Source of the DNA: an uncultured bacterium
GTDB lineage: Bacteria; Actinomycetota; Acidimicrobiia; Spongiisociales; UBA5794
NCBI GenBank assembly: GCA_963801165.1
Contig: CAWDDT010000006.1
Span: 288,001-352,000, forward strand
Length of the DNA stretch: 64,000 bases
Direction of reading: 5' to 3'
Within the stretch, counting starts at the first letter, position 1. Each line of letters begins with the position of its first letter. A program made the position numbers and the translations under genes. Below are positions 9,908-20,752 of the stretch, in pieces. The notes under the pieces were generated by a model. The model had not been told where the DNA came from and made no database searches. It saw only the letters and a list, made by a program, of their open reading frames with translations.

Positions 9908-10876
9908 TCAATCTCCCCGGCGGGCTCGGATCTCGGCCGAAAGGGCCGGCACCACCTCGTGCAGGTCGCCGATCACCGCGAAGTCGGCCTTCGTGACCAT
10001 GTTCGCCTCGGCGTCCGTGTTGATGGCAAGAATCGCCTTTGACCCCATCGCCCCGACCCAGTGCTGAATCGCACCCGAGATGCCGCATGCGATGTAGAGC
10101 CTGGGGGCGATCCTCGTTCCGGTCTGGCCGACCTGGTCCGAATGGGGACGCCAACCGTTGTTGGTAGCCACCCGGGAGCAGCCCACCACGCCACCCAGCA
10201 GACCGGCCAGTTCCTCGAGAGAGGCGAAGCCATCTTCCGACCCGACCCCGCGACCACCGCCAACGACGACAGGTGCGGTGGCGAGGGTCATTCCCTCCGT
10301 AAGCACAACCCGGTCGACGACGCGGGTAACAGCGTGCGTGTCATCGAGCTCCGGGGTAAACGTGCGGACATCGCCGGGGACCGGAGACGGCTCCGGGTCG
10401 ACTCCGGGAGGGGCGTATGTAATCAGCTTCACGCCCGCAGTCAGCTCGGCCCGCTCGAGCAACGAGCCACCCCAGCGCAGCCGAGTGAAGCGCCATGGCT
10501 CGCCGGGGGCGACCGCGGTGACGTTGACCACCAAGGGCTCTCCCATCCGGGCCGCCGCCTGTGCCAGCGTCTCGTTGCCCCGATCGGTACCGGCCGCGGC
10601 GACGACGGCGGCCCCGGTCGCAGCCACCACCTGAACGACGGTCTCCGCCCACGAGTCCGGGCCGTAATCCGAGAGAACCGGGTGTTCGGCAACGTGGACC
10701 ACGCCAGCCCCATAGGTCGCGGCCTCGCCGGCAATTCCGGCTCCGGCGGCGCCGATCACCAGCGCCTCCAGCCCGATGCCGAGCGAGGATGCCAGCTCGC
10801 GCCCGGCCGTCAGAGCCCCCCAGCTGGCAGGAGCGGCTTCGCCCCGATCGTGATCTATGAGCACGAGGACCGACAT
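9908..10876 (-). CDS. etfA: Electron transfer flavoprotein alpha subunit
   Basis: VVGGGRG, QVGQTG, LYIACGISGAIQH, AINTD. Confidence 0.95.
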   Translation of the reverse strand: MSVLVLIDHDRGEAAPASWGALTAGRELASSLGIGLEALVIGAAGAGIAGEAATYGAGVVHVAEHPVLSDYGPDSWAETVVQVVAATGAAVVAAAGTDRGNETLAQAAARMGEPLVVNVTAVAPGEPWRFTRLRWGGSLLERAELTAGVKLITYAPPGVDPEPSPVPGDVRTFTPELDDTHAVTRVVDRVVLTEGMTLATAPVVVGGGRGVGSEDGFASLEELAGLLGGVVGCSRVATNNGWRPHSDQVGQTGTRIAPRLYIACGISGAIQHWVGAMGSKAILAINTDAEANMVTKADFAVIGDLHEVVPALSAEIRARRGD

Positions 10877-11640
10877 CAGACGACCCCCAGTTCCTCGAGC
10901 ACATCGACCACTCTTGACGCGGCGGAGGCCCCCTCCCCCAGCATCACCGTCTCCGACATCTGTTCGACGGGGGAGGACAACTCCACCATCCGTTGCGGGC
11001 CGGCCGGCGCAGTCCCTTCCGACTTCTCGACCTGGGCCTTCCTCGATGCCAACCGACCCTTCAACGTCGGGTAGGACGGAATGTTGATGCCCTCGCGAAC
11101 CCCCACCACCGCGGGCAGGGGCAGCCGGTACACCTCGAACCCGGCATCAACCCCGCGCCGGACCACGGCCGTCCCGCCGTCGATCTCGATCCCCTTGGCG
11201 CCGTTGACCATGGGACGACCCAGGGCGTGAGATACACGAATCCCAACCTGATACCCACCCGAGTCGGCCGACTCGTTCCCGAACAGGATCAAATCGAATG
11301 GTCCGGCACCGTCCTCGGCGGCGTGGATCGCCTCGACGATCGAGACGGCGGTGCGCATCGGATCCCAGTCGGAGCTGTCGGTGGTGACCAGAATCGCCGA
11401 CCCTATCCCGACACTGACCGCATAGCGAAGCTGTTCTTCGGCTTCGGGGGGACCGACGGTGAGGACGGTCGAGTCACCGCCGTGGTCGGTGGCCAACTTG
11501 ACCGCTTCCGCCACTGCACATTCTTCGTGCGGGCTCATGGTGAATCCTAGATGCTCGGTGTCGATTGCCTGCCCGTCGGGGCGGAGGACGATCCGGGCCC
11601 CGGGCGCGGGCACTCGCTTGATGCAGACCAGGATGCGCAC
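10876..11640 (-). CDS. etfB: Electron transfer flavoprotein beta subunit
   Basis: MRILVCIKRVP, DLILFGNESAD; adjacent to etfA. Confidence 0.95.
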   Translation of the reverse strand: MRILVCIKRVPAPGARIVLRPDGQAIDTEHLGFTMSPHEECAVAEAVKLATDHGGDSTVLTVGPPEAEEQLRYAVSVGIGSAILVTTDSSDWDPMRTAVSIVEAIHAAEDGAGPFDLILFGNESADSGGYQVGIRVSHALGRPMVNGAKGIEIDGGTAVVRRGVDAGFEVYRLPLPAVVGVREGINIPSYPTLKGRLASRKAQVEKSEGTAPAGPQRMVELSSPVEQMSETVMLGEGASAASRVVDVLEELGVV

Positions 11641-11641
11641 G

Positions 11642-14167
11642 TCAGATCTTCATGCGTTCGTCGTCGGGGTCGAACAGCGGCTTGCTCCCTACCCGGGCCA
11701 CGGTCACCGGATATGTCTCGTTCATGTACATCACCTGAAGCGATGACCCCTCGACGGCATGTTCCGGCGGCAGGTACGCCATCAGCAGATACGCTCCCAA
11801 CGACGGTCCGGCGCCGGCCGAAGTGACCCGGGACACCCGGCCTTTGGCGTCGACAATCCGCTCGCCGTCCAACGTGAGAATCGGCTCGTTGCCGCCTGCC
11901 GGATAGCGGGCAACGCCGGAAGCGCTCGTGTGGTCATCCACGGTCAACGTGCACAGCACCGTTACCGGGTCCGCCTCCCGTGCGGCGAGGTAGGCATCCT
12001 TACCGATGAAATCGGCCTTCTTGACCTTCCGTCGTGCCAGCCCTGCCTCCACCGGGGTGTACTCCGATTCCAGCTCGGCACCCATGAGGCGGTAGCCCTT
12101 CTCGAGCCGGCCGGTGGTTCCGTATACCCCGATGCCAACGGGCCGAACGTCGAACGGCTGCCCCGCATTCCACAGAGTGTCCCACAGGCGGAGACCGTGC
12201 TCCATGGCGGTGTAGACCTCCCAGCCGTTCTCCCCCACGTACGAGATGCGGAACATCCGACACGGGATCCCGTCGATGAGCACCTCCCGGGTGGTCCCGT
12301 AGGGGAACGCGTCCTGGGACAGGTCGGCGTCGGTCACGCTCGCCATCATCGCCGCAGCGTCCGGCCCCCAGACTCCTATCGTGGTGAGCGCGGAGGTGCG
12401 GTTCTCGAACTGGACCGATCCGTCCCCCGGCTGGTTGCGCCGGAACCAGTACTCATCACGGCCACCGTCGAAGGCTCCGGTCACGATCCGGAACCGGTCC
12501 GGAGCAAGCCGCAGGATCGTCAGGTCGGAGCGGAAGCCGCCGTTCTCGGCCAGGACCGGGGTATACACCGCACGACCGACAGAAACGTCGCATTTGTTGA
12601 CCGTCATCCGCTCGATGTATTCGAGGACGCCCGGACCTGAAACGTCGAAGATCTGGAAGGCAGTGAGGTCCACCATCCCCACCTTCTCTCGCATGTGAAG
12701 GTGCTCCCCGTTGATGATCGGCGACCACCATCGGCCGTCCCACTCGTCGGCGCGGTCGGCGACCCCGTACCGGGCGACGAGATCGGAGTTCGACTCGTAC
12801 CACTGGGGCCGCTCCCAACCCCGGGCGTCGTAGAACACCGCGCCCAGGGCTTCCTCCCGCGCGGCAAACGGTGCACGGTTCATCCCGCGCTCGGTCTCCC
12901 ACTGCTCGCGGGGATGGACAATGCCGTACGTCTTGTTGAAGTGCTCGCCGCAGCGGGCGTAGATGTGGTGCTCGGTGCGCTCGTGCGGGTAGAAGCGGGC
13001 AATGTCGGACCCGTGCGGGTCGCAGATATGGGGATACCCGAACGTCATCCATTCAGCGACCAGCTGGGCGATCGCCGGGCCTTCCTTGACCCACACGGCC
13101 GCCGCCGACCACAGGTTCTCGACCTCGACGGTCTCACCCAACACCGGCATGGCGTCGGGAGTGAGCGAAAGCAGCCCGTTGATGGCGTAGCGAATCTCGG
13201 CCGTCTCCAGGATCTCCCCCATGATCTCGAGGGCGTCCTCGAGCTGGGGATCGAAGTCGTCCTGGGTAAACGGCAGCTCGGTTGGTGACAGGGCTGCCTC
13301 GTCGTTCGATGGGATGTCGTCCGGGTGATGGAAGATGGGTCGGTGGGCATAGCTGCCGACCTCCATCGAACCCGCCGACTGCCGCTCATACATGAAGGTG
13401 TCCATGTCCCGGACGATGGGATAGCCGATCTCGTTGCCGGTTTGCTGGAGGATGTCGATCGGCCCCACATCGGCCATCTGGTGCACGGCGGGGGTCAGCG
13501 GGATCCTGGCACCGGCCATTGCTGCGATGCGGGGGCTCCACACGCCACAGGCGACGACCACGTGCTCGGCCGCGATCCGGCCCTGGTCGGTGACGACGGC
13601 GGAGATCCGGGGCCGCTTGTAGGGAACCGGTTCGGTCTCGAGGTCGAGCACCTCCGTGTTGGCGAAGACACGCAACACGCCGGCATCGCGGGCCTTCTCT
13701 CGCATAATCGTCCCGAACCCGAGCGAGTCGACCACGGAGACGCTCGGAGTGTAGAAACCGCCGAGAATCACATTGGGGTCGACGAATGGGACCAGTTCAA
13801 CAACTTCCTCCGGGGTGAGCAATCGTGACTCGATGCCCCAGGCGGTGGCCGAGGTCATGCGGCGGCGCAGCTCCTCCATGCGCGCCTCGGTGCGGGCGAC
13901 CTCGATGCCGCCGCTGGTTGTGTTGAGCCTCGCGTCCCCGTACTGGCGCTGGCTCTCCACGGTGAGTAGCGCCATCTCTTTGTTGTGGTCGGTGGGAAAA
14001 ATGAAGTTGGAGGCGTGACCTGTCGATCCCCCCGGGTTGGGCAGGGGTCCCTTGTCGATCAGGATTATGTCGGTCCATCCCAGTTCGGCCAAATGACCCA
14101 CAAGGGAATTGCCGACAATCCCGGCACCGATCACCACCACCTGCGCACGATCCGGAAGCTCGCTCAC
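11642..14167 (-). CDS. Dimethylglycine dehydrogenase-like flavoprotein (DAO + GcvT folate-binding)
   Basis: IGAGIVG, GSTGHAS, GWERP, RISYVGENGWE, RLEKGY; AAGGAG RBS before GTG 14167; co-operonic with etfAB. Confidence 0.88.
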   Translation of the reverse strand: MSELPDRAQVVVIGAGIVGNSLVGHLAELGWTDIILIDKGPLPNPGGSTGHASNFIFPTDHNKEMALLTVESQRQYGDARLNTTSGGIEVARTEARMEELRRRMTSATAWGIESRLLTPEEVVELVPFVDPNVILGGFYTPSVSVVDSLGFGTIMREKARDAGVLRVFANTEVLDLETEPVPYKRPRISAVVTDQGRIAAEHVVVACGVWSPRIAAMAGARIPLTPAVHQMADVGPIDILQQTGNEIGYPIVRDMDTFMYERQSAGSMEVGSYAHRPIFHHPDDIPSNDEAALSPTELPFTQDDFDPQLEDALEIMGEILETAEIRYAINGLLSLTPDAMPVLGETVEVENLWSAAAVWVKEGPAIAQLVAEWMTFGYPHICDPHGSDIARFYPHERTEHHIYARCGEHFNKTYGIVHPREQWETERGMNRAPFAAREEALGAVFYDARGWERPQWYESNSDLVARYGVADRADEWDGRWWSPIINGEHLHMREKVGMVDLTAFQIFDVSGPGVLEYIERMTVNKCDVSVGRAVYTPVLAENGGFRSDLTILRLAPDRFRIVTGAFDGGRDEYWFRRNQPGDGSVQFENRTSALTTIGVWGPDAAAMMASVTDADLSQDAFPYGTTREVLIDGIPCRMFRISYVGENGWEVYTAMEHGLRLWDTLWNAGQPFDVRPVGIGVYGTTGRLEKGYRLMGAELESEYTPVEAGLARRKVKKADFIGKDAYLAAREADPVTVLCTLTVDDHTSASGVARYPAGGNEPILTLDGERIVDAKGRVSRVTSAGAGPSLGAYLLMAYLPPEHAVEGSSLQVMYMNETYPVTVARVGSKPLFDPDDERMKI

Positions 14168-14179
14168 GTGTCTCCTTCC

Positions 14180-14189
14180 TGATATATCA
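14180..14189. promoter_or_regulatory. Palindrome TGATATATCA, candidate GntR operator
   Basis: Perfect AT-rich palindrome between the divergent dehydrogenase and GntR genes. Confidence 0.55.
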
Positions 14190-14250
14190 TTAGCGTACGA
14201 TTCATGTTGCAGGATCGTCAAGTCATCCATGGACTCCAGAAGGCGACACC

Positions 14251-14892
14251 GTGACCGTACCGAATGCCACCAATCCCCGTCCCAACCAGGCTGACCTCGC
14301 CTATGAGACGGTACGCGACCTGCTGATCCGCCTGGACGTCCCGCCCGGTGCCCCGATTGTCGAGGCCGACCTCATGGCTCGCACCGGGTTCGGACGAACC
14401 CCGCTCCGGGAAGCGCTCAACCGTCTCGAGTCGGAGCAGCTCGTCAACATCTTCCCGCGCCGCGGCACCTTTGCTGCAGACATCAATCTCGCCGATCTGG
14501 CGCTTATCACCGACCTGCGCCAGGAGCTGGAGGGTCACGCCGCCGCCCGGGCCGCCGTGCGGGCGACGCAGCCGGAACGAGCCTCGCTACAGGCGTTGGT
14601 GCACGAGATGGAGGAGGGCACCGAGGCGCAGATGGAGTTCGACACCAGGATTCATCGTGCCATCTACGCCGCCGCCCACAACCGGTTCCTCGAAGAGACC
14701 GCTACCCGCTATCACAACCTGTCGATGCGCATCTGGCGTCTCTTCGTGGACCGGCTCCCCGATCTCCGCACCCACATCGAGGAGCATCAGACCCTCATCG
14801 CAGCCATCGTCGCCACGGACGCCGACCAGGCCCGTGCCATAGCCCGCCAACATGTCCGCGGCTTCGAAGAAGCAGTACGCATACTGCTGTAG
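14251..14892 (+). CDS. GntR/FCD family transcriptional regulator
   Basis: GRTPLREAL HTH, PRRGTF, FCD domain (DTRIH...HN...EEH...H). Confidence 0.93.
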   Translation: MTVPNATNPRPNQADLAYETVRDLLIRLDVPPGAPIVEADLMARTGFGRTPLREALNRLESEQLVNIFPRRGTFAADINLADLALITDLRQELEGHAAARAAVRATQPERASLQALVHEMEEGTEAQMEFDTRIHRAIYAAAHNRFLEETATRYHNLSMRIWRLFVDRLPDLRTHIEEHQTLIAAIVATDADQARAIARQHVRGFEEAVRILL

Positions 14893-15055
14893 AACCGTGG
14901 GCTGGCATTTACCAGCCATCCGCCCGCGCACTTGCACCGGAGGGAATTCACCCTCCCCCTGGGAGGGTGAGCGGCCGCCGCAAGCGGCTCACCGGGGAGG
15001 GCCTTCCTCCGCTCCCGGCCACATTGGCCTGCCGCTAGCTCCCGACCCGCTCCTC

Positions 15056-15904
15056 TTACCCCAATGCTTCGAGGCTGGACTCGACGTATTGGGCTATGTC
15101 GCGGAAGGAGGTGACCGCTACCGGCCGGTCTGTCTCGCCCAGGAGCGGGACGTGGGAGAACCCGTGGGCGGCGATCTCGGCGATGGCACCGGCGATAGGT
15201 GAGCGCACACGCAGCGCCACCGGGTCGGGGGTCATGATTTCCCCGACTTCGATCTGGTCGAGGTCGCTGCGGTCGCAGCCGATCTTCTCGAGAAGGTCGT
15301 ATTCGGTGAGGACGCCCACGAGGGATTCGCGACTGTCGACAACTAGCACCGAACCGATGCCGCGGGCCCGCATATGGTGCGCCGCCACATCGGCGGTCTC
15401 GTCTGTGGTCACTGTTACGGGCGGGTTGGTGGGGAGCCCCGTGAAGTCGACAAACGACAGCCCGTGTTGTAGCTCGGGCTCGTCGGCGGCTCCCAGCCGG
15501 GCCGAGAGCAGATCTGCCATCGCGGTCATTACTACGTAAAACGAGAGGTTACCCACGAGCGTTTCCTCGTCGGTGACCGGCACGTTGCGCACCCACCAGT
15601 CGCTCATGATGGCAAGCCCCTGCCACACGGAATCCGTCGACCTCATCGTGCGCACCCGGATCGTCATCTCTTCAGTGATCGGCCGATCCCAGGTGCCGGG
15701 TCGCCCGATTACTCGATGCAGTACGTCGCGCTGAGTGAACACTCCGACAACCCGCCCGGAATCGACGACACACGCGCACGCCCGGTGGGCGGCTCGCATC
15801 TTGCCGACAGTGGTAGCCACCGTCGCGTCGCGGACAACCGCCACATAGCGGCTGAGATCCACGTCCGTGACCGGCATCGCGGCCAGGCTGTCAGCAATGT
15901 TCAT
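15056..15904 (-). CDS. CBS-domain protein (four CBS domains)
   Basis: VVGVFTQRD, LVGVLTEYD, IMTPDPV; start set at MNIADS. Confidence 0.85.
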   Translation of the reverse strand: MNIADSLAAMPVTDVDLSRYVAVVRDATVATTVGKMRAAHRACACVVDSGRVVGVFTQRDVLHRVIGRPGTWDRPITEEMTIRVRTMRSTDSVWQGLAIMSDWWVRNVPVTDEETLVGNLSFYVVMTAMADLLSARLGAADEPELQHGLSFVDFTGLPTNPPVTVTTDETADVAAHHMRARGIGSVLVVDSRESLVGVLTEYDLLEKIGCDRSDLDQIEVGEIMTPDPVALRVRSPIAGAIAEIAAHGFSHVPLLGETDRPVAVTSFRDIAQYVESSLEALG

Positions 15905-15965
15905 GGTCGACCTCTTCTCTCTTCGTCGCGCCGCAGTCCGCCGCCCATCATGCCATCTCGCCCCA

Positions 15966-17525
15966 TTACGCCGAATCCCGCTCGGCGGCGATCTCGGTCC
16001 GACGGCGCGCCATGAATTCCTGCAACTCCTCGACCACGGCATCGTCGAGCGGCGGGGGCTCGTATCGAGCGAGCCGTTCCTTCCACACCTTGTTGGCCCG
16101 CGCGACCGAGTCTTCGGCCCCCTCCTCACTCCACTGCTCGAAGCTGTCGTTGTTGGCCAGTTCGGACACCCAGAACGCCGACGTGTAGTTGTCGAAAGTG
16201 TGCGGGTTGTCCAGGAAATGCTTCCCCGGCCCGTTGCCGAGGATCGCATCCAGCGCCAGGCCATTGTCGGATAGATCGACGCCGGATATCAACGCCTGGG
16301 CCGCGCCCAGCTGATCATCGTCGAGAACGAACTTCTCGTAGCCGGCGACCAGCCCGCCCTCCAGCCACCCGGCCGCGTGCAGCACGAAGTTGACACCGCC
16401 GAGCAGCGTCGGACTGAGCGTAAGCGCGGCTTCATAGGCCGCCTGTGCGTCGGGAACCTTGGATGCGGTCAGGGTTCCTCCGGAACGGAACGGCACGGCG
16501 AGCCGTCGGGCCAGAGCAGCCACCGTGTACAGGACCAGAGCCGGCTCCGGAGTTCCGAACGTAGGCGCACCGGACTGCATCGACATCGACGACGCAAACG
16601 AGCCGAACACCACCGGGGCACCGGGGCGGACCATCTGGCAGAAGGCCATCCCGGCCATGGCCTCGGCCAGGGTCTGGGTGGCCGTTCCCGCCACCGTGAC
16701 GGGAGACATTGCCCCGGCGAGGATGAACGGGGTGATGATCACCGCCTGCCCCGCCTCGACGTAGGTGCGAGCTGACGCCAGCATCGAGAAGTCCCAGGAG
16801 AGCGGCGAGTTGGCGTTGATCAGCGAGAGCAACACCGTGTTGTTCTCGACGGTGTCGGCACCAAAGAGGATCCGGGCCATGTCCACTGTGTCACGGGCCC
16901 GGTCGGGATGGGTGACCGACCCCATGAACGGTTTGTCACTCAACCGCATGTGTGCGTAAACCATGTCGAGGTGGCGCTCCTCCACCGGGAGGTCGACGGG
17001 CTCGCAGACGGTCCCACCGGAGTGGTGCAAATTGCGCGAGACGTATGCCAGCTTCACCAGGTTCTCGAAGTCCTCGTAGGTCGCATAGCGGCGACCCCCG
17101 TCGAGGTCGCGTACAAATGGCGGCCCGTAGACGGGAGCGAATACGACATGCGGTCCACCTATGGTGACCGACCGCTCCGGTTTGCGAGCCAGTTGTGTGA
17201 AAGAGCCCGGGGCGTACTGCGCGATGAGGGAGCGGCACAGCCCGCGCGGAAAGCGCACTCTTGTTCCTTCGACCTCCGCTCCCCCGTCACGAAAGATCCT
17301 CAATGCCTCCGGGTAGTCGACGATCTCCACCCCGACGCGCTCGAGGATCGTGTCGGCGTTCTCCTCGATCAGCGACAGACCCTCCTCGCTGATCACCTCA
17401 TACGGCGCCAGGGAGCGGGTCAGAAACGGTGCTTGCTGCATTTCGGAGGCCGCAACGCGCGCCGCCCGGCGGGCCTCGCTACCGCCCCCGCGCCGGCGCC
17501 CTGTCCTATTGGTTCGGTCGGTCAC
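15966..17525 (-). CDS. MttB-superfamily methyltransferase without pyrrolysine (MtgB-like, probably glycine betaine:corrinoid)
   Basis: HHSGGTVCEPVD, INANSPL, GAPTFGTPE, HAAGWLEGG; no in-frame amber codon. Confidence 0.9.
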   Translation of the reverse strand: MTDRTNRTGRRRGGGSEARRAARVAASEMQQAPFLTRSLAPYEVISEEGLSLIEENADTILERVGVEIVDYPEALRIFRDGGAEVEGTRVRFPRGLCRSLIAQYAPGSFTQLARKPERSVTIGGPHVVFAPVYGPPFVRDLDGGRRYATYEDFENLVKLAYVSRNLHHSGGTVCEPVDLPVEERHLDMVYAHMRLSDKPFMGSVTHPDRARDTVDMARILFGADTVENNTVLLSLINANSPLSWDFSMLASARTYVEAGQAVIITPFILAGAMSPVTVAGTATQTLAEAMAGMAFCQMVRPGAPVVFGSFASSMSMQSGAPTFGTPEPALVLYTVAALARRLAVPFRSGGTLTASKVPDAQAAYEAALTLSPTLLGGVNFVLHAAGWLEGGLVAGYEKFVLDDDQLGAAQALISGVDLSDNGLALDAILGNGPGKHFLDNPHTFDNYTSAFWVSELANNDSFEQWSEEGAEDSVARANKVWKERLARYEPPPLDDAVVEELQEFMARRRTEIAAERDSA

Positions 17526-19522
17526 GCTGGATCCCTCCTTCCCCTTCGACGCTTTCGTGTCGCGGTGATGGCGGGAAGGTTCACCACCGCGGCCAGGTTC
17601 GGGTGCTCTGCGGGGCCGCTCGGCAGCGCCATGGCCGCCACGAAATGTTCCTGGAATCGGGGGGCGACCGCTGTCTCGATCTTGTCGATCTTGTGTACAA
17701 CGTCTTCGATCTCGGTCCGGGCGGCTCCATTCAGCAGGGCGATGATCGCACCGCTGCCGGCGGCGTTCCCGGCGGCCGACACCCGCGTCAGGTCACAGTC
17801 CGGAATGAGCCCGAGGACCATGGCGTGCAACGTGTCGATGTGGCTACCGAAGGCACCGGCCAGACGAATCTGGTCAACATGATCGACACCGAGGTGGTCC
17901 ATGAGCAGCTGCACGCCGGCGTGCAGCGCCGCCTTGGCAAGCTGGATGGCCCGAATGTCGTTCTGGGTGACGCTCACCGCATTGCAGACCCTGTACGAGA
18001 ACGTTCGGTCGTCGGACACGATCCGGTCGGTGCGCTCGCCCGCGTCGGCGACGAAGCTGCCGTCGGTGCCGACCAACCCCGCCAGATACAGCTCGGCGAC
18101 GGCCTCGATGATCCCCGATCCACAGATTCCCGACACACCGACCGCAGCGACGTCGGCCTCGAAGCTCTCCTCGTCGGACCAGGTGTCGCACCCGATGACC
18201 TTGTAGCGCGGCTCGAGCGTCAGCGGATCCACCCGCACCCGCTCGATCGCACCGGGGGCGGCCCGTTGCCCGGCTGAGATCTGCGCTCCCTCGAAGGCGG
18301 GCCCGGTCGGGCTCGACGCCGCCAACAAGCGCTCCCGGCCTCCCAGCACGATCTCGGCGTTCGTCCCCACGTCCACCAACAGTTGGATCCCGTCGGCCCG
18401 ATACGGCGCCTCGGAGAGAATGGCCGCCGCGGTGTCGGCGCCGACGTGCCCGGCGACACAGGGAAGGGCATACAGCCGGGCCGCCCGGGGAACGTCCAGA
18501 TCCAGATCGGCAGCGTCGGTGTCGATGGCGTCTGCGGTGGCGAGGGCAAACGGAGCCGTCCCCAGCGGTCTCACGTCGAACCCGAAGACAAGGTGGTGCA
18601 TGATCGGGTTGCCCACCAGGGTGAGCTCCAGGACGTCCTCCCGGGCTACGTCCGCTTGATCTACGAGCTCGCCGATCATCAGATCCAGTGCTTCCCGCAC
18701 CGCGTTGGTCAGCTCCGCGGATCCTTCCGGGTGCATCATGACGTACGAGACCCGGCTCATCAGGTCTTCGCCGAACCGGATCTGAGGGTTCATCCTCCCC
18801 GTCGACGCGATCGTCTCCCCGGTCCGCAGATCGCACAGGTAACCCGCCAGCGTGGTCGAGCCGACGTCGAAGGCCGCACCGAGGGCAACATCCCGGAACC
18901 CCGGCCAGGCGGCCACAACGCGGGCACCGTCCCGCACCGCAACGGTGATGCCTTCCTCGGGAACGGAAAGCGCCGATCTGATGTCGGCGATCGCCGCGGT
19001 GGTGACCGTCAGCCCGTCGAGATGCCACTCGGTGAGAAGCGCCCGAAGCGTGCGCTGCACGTCCCCCACCGAATCGTCCAGGGTGGGCGGCGGCACCTCC
19101 AGGTAATAAAGGCGGAGCACCGGGTCCAGTGTGATGGCGGCGACCTCGACCCTCTTGCGGACCACTTGACGGTGGAGCTGGCTGTCGGCGGGAACGTCGA
19201 CAACCACGTCACCCGCGATACGTGTCTTGCACCCCAGCCGCCGCCCGACGGCCAGGCCCTTGCGCTCGGCGTAGCGTTCCTCGTCTTCTGTGAACGGGGT
19301 GAGGCTCGCATCGGTTGACCCAAGACCATGGGCGGGGGTGTTGCCCGACACAGGGACGATCTGGCAGCGGCCGCAGATGCTACGGCCGCCACAGACCGAA
19401 TCGAGATCAACGCCGAGGGCGCGGGCGGCGTCGAGAACACTCGTGCCGCGCTCAAACTCCCCTCGTCTCCCCGATGGGGTGAAGACGATGCGGGCCTTGT
19501 CAGGTCCCGTTGCCATCGCCAC
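17522..19522 (-). CDS. Reductive activator of corrinoid proteins (2Fe-2S + ASKHA, RamA/RACo-like)
   Basis: CGGRSICGRC, DVGSTT, DVGTNAE, GPAFEG, GICGSG, AGAFG. Confidence 0.92.
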   Translation of the reverse strand: MAMATGPDKARIVFTPSGRRGEFERGTSVLDAARALGVDLDSVCGGRSICGRCQIVPVSGNTPAHGLGSTDASLTPFTEDEERYAERKGLAVGRRLGCKTRIAGDVVVDVPADSQLHRQVVRKRVEVAAITLDPVLRLYYLEVPPPTLDDSVGDVQRTLRALLTEWHLDGLTVTTAAIADIRSALSVPEEGITVAVRDGARVVAAWPGFRDVALGAAFDVGSTTLAGYLCDLRTGETIASTGRMNPQIRFGEDLMSRVSYVMMHPEGSAELTNAVREALDLMIGELVDQADVAREDVLELTLVGNPIMHHLVFGFDVRPLGTAPFALATADAIDTDAADLDLDVPRAARLYALPCVAGHVGADTAAAILSEAPYRADGIQLLVDVGTNAEIVLGGRERLLAASSPTGPAFEGAQISAGQRAAPGAIERVRVDPLTLEPRYKVIGCDTWSDEESFEADVAAVGVSGICGSGIIEAVAELYLAGLVGTDGSFVADAGERTDRIVSDDRTFSYRVCNAVSVTQNDIRAIQLAKAALHAGVQLLMDHLGVDHVDQIRLAGAFGSHIDTLHAMVLGLIPDCDLTRVSAAGNAAGSGAIIALLNGAARTEIEDVVHKIDKIETAVAPRFQEHFVAAMALPSGPAEHPNLAAVVNLPAITATRKRRRGRRDPA

Positions 19523-20405
19523 CCCTTTTGCGCCGTCCGCTGCGGCGCCGCTCGAGCTGGTCGGGAGAGCGGTGGGTCGTGATCCAGCGGAACATGTCGG
19601 GGTCGTTGCCGAGCAACACGTCCCCGGCCATCACCGCCGCCTTCACCTCGTCGTAGAGCGGATTGGTTATCGCGGAAGTGAGCCCGGCCGTCATCGCCAT
19701 TGTGAGGAACGCACCGTTGATGAGCTCGCGCCGGGGCAGGCCGAAGCTTATGTTGGACGCCCCGCAGGTTGTGTTGACGCCGAGCTCGTCACGCAGCCGC
19801 CCCAACAACGCAAACACCTGGCGTCCGGCGGTGCGTATCGCCCCTACCGGCATGACCAGGGGGTCGACGACCACGTCCTCCCGAGGAATCCCGTAATCCG
19901 CGGCCGCAGACACGATCTTGCGCGCAACCTCGAACCGCACATCCGGGTCCTCGGAGATACCGGTCTCGTCGTTGGCGATAGCGACCACCGCGGCGCCGTG
20001 GCGAGCGACCAGCGGCAGCACTTTGTGCATCACCTCGTCTTCCCCGGTCACCGAGTTGACGAGCGGTTTCCCCTGGTAAGCCGCGAGACCCGCCTCGAGC
20101 GCGGCGACGATGGACGAGTCGATCGACAGCGGCACGTTGACGAGCGCCTGTACCCGTTTGATCGTTTCGGCAAGGATTGCGGGCTCGTCCGCCAGCGGTA
20201 TCCCGGCGTTGACGTCCAGCATGTGAGCGCCGCTTTCGACCTGTGCGACCGCGTCCCTCTCGACACGGGAGAAGTCGCCGGCCTTCATCTCCTCGGCGAG
20301 CACTTTGCGCCCGGTCGGATTGATGCGTTCGCCGATGATCACAAACGGTTCCTCGGACCCGATCGCCACCTCACGGCCTACGCCGGACAGAACGGTCCTT
20401 GTCAT
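19500..20405 (-). CDS. Methyltetrahydrofolate:corrinoid methyltransferase (pterin-binding)
   Basis: IIGERINPTGRK, LDVNAG, LSIDSS, GASNISFGLP. Confidence 0.92.
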   Translation of the reverse strand: MTRTVLSGVGREVAIGSEEPFVIIGERINPTGRKVLAEEMKAGDFSRVERDAVAQVESGAHMLDVNAGIPLADEPAILAETIKRVQALVNVPLSIDSSIVAALEAGLAAYQGKPLVNSVTGEDEVMHKVLPLVARHGAAVVAIANDETGISEDPDVRFEVARKIVSAAADYGIPREDVVVDPLVMPVGAIRTAGRQVFALLGRLRDELGVNTTCGASNISFGLPRRELINGAFLTMAMTAGLTSAITNPLYDEVKAAVMAGDVLLGNDPDMFRWITTHRSPDQLERRRSGRRKRGGDGNGT

Positions 20406-20752
20406 CCCCGATCACTCCCATCTTGTGAATCGCCTGCATCGGGGCGGAAGCCGCCGTTGTCGACGTACTGGAGAAGAACTTTGTTGGTGAATCGGCTTTC
20501 CAGCTCATCGGCCGCTTCGTCGGCCGCTGCCTCCAGATCGGCGCCGCAGGGCGTCTCGGTCTTTCGCCATTCACCCAGGTACTCGTTCGTTGTGCGCTTC
20601 CCCGCACGGGTAGCGGCTTTGTCGATCGCTCTCTGGAACCGCTCAGTCAGCTGGACGCTCGTCTTCTTGCGCCCGTTCCGGGCTGTCACCTGGGCTGGGA
20701 TGTCTCGCCAGGAGATGGTGATGAGTCGGTTTCCCTCGCTCATCCGTCTCAT
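20402..20752 (-). CDS. Virulence_fact-family small protein of corrinoid methyltransferase clusters
   Basis: WRDIPAQV...RFQRAIDKAA...YLGEW; gene context. Confidence 0.8.
   Translation of the reverse strand: MRRMSEGNRLITISWRDIPAQVTARNGRKKTSVQLTERFQRAIDKAATRAGKRTTNEYLGEWRKTETPCGADLEAAADEAADELESRFTNKVLLQYVDNGGFRPDAGDSQDGSDRG

Noticed and set aside
15966-17525. Pyrrolysine read-through in the MttB homolog
   Set aside because: The ORF is full length with no in-frame TAG.
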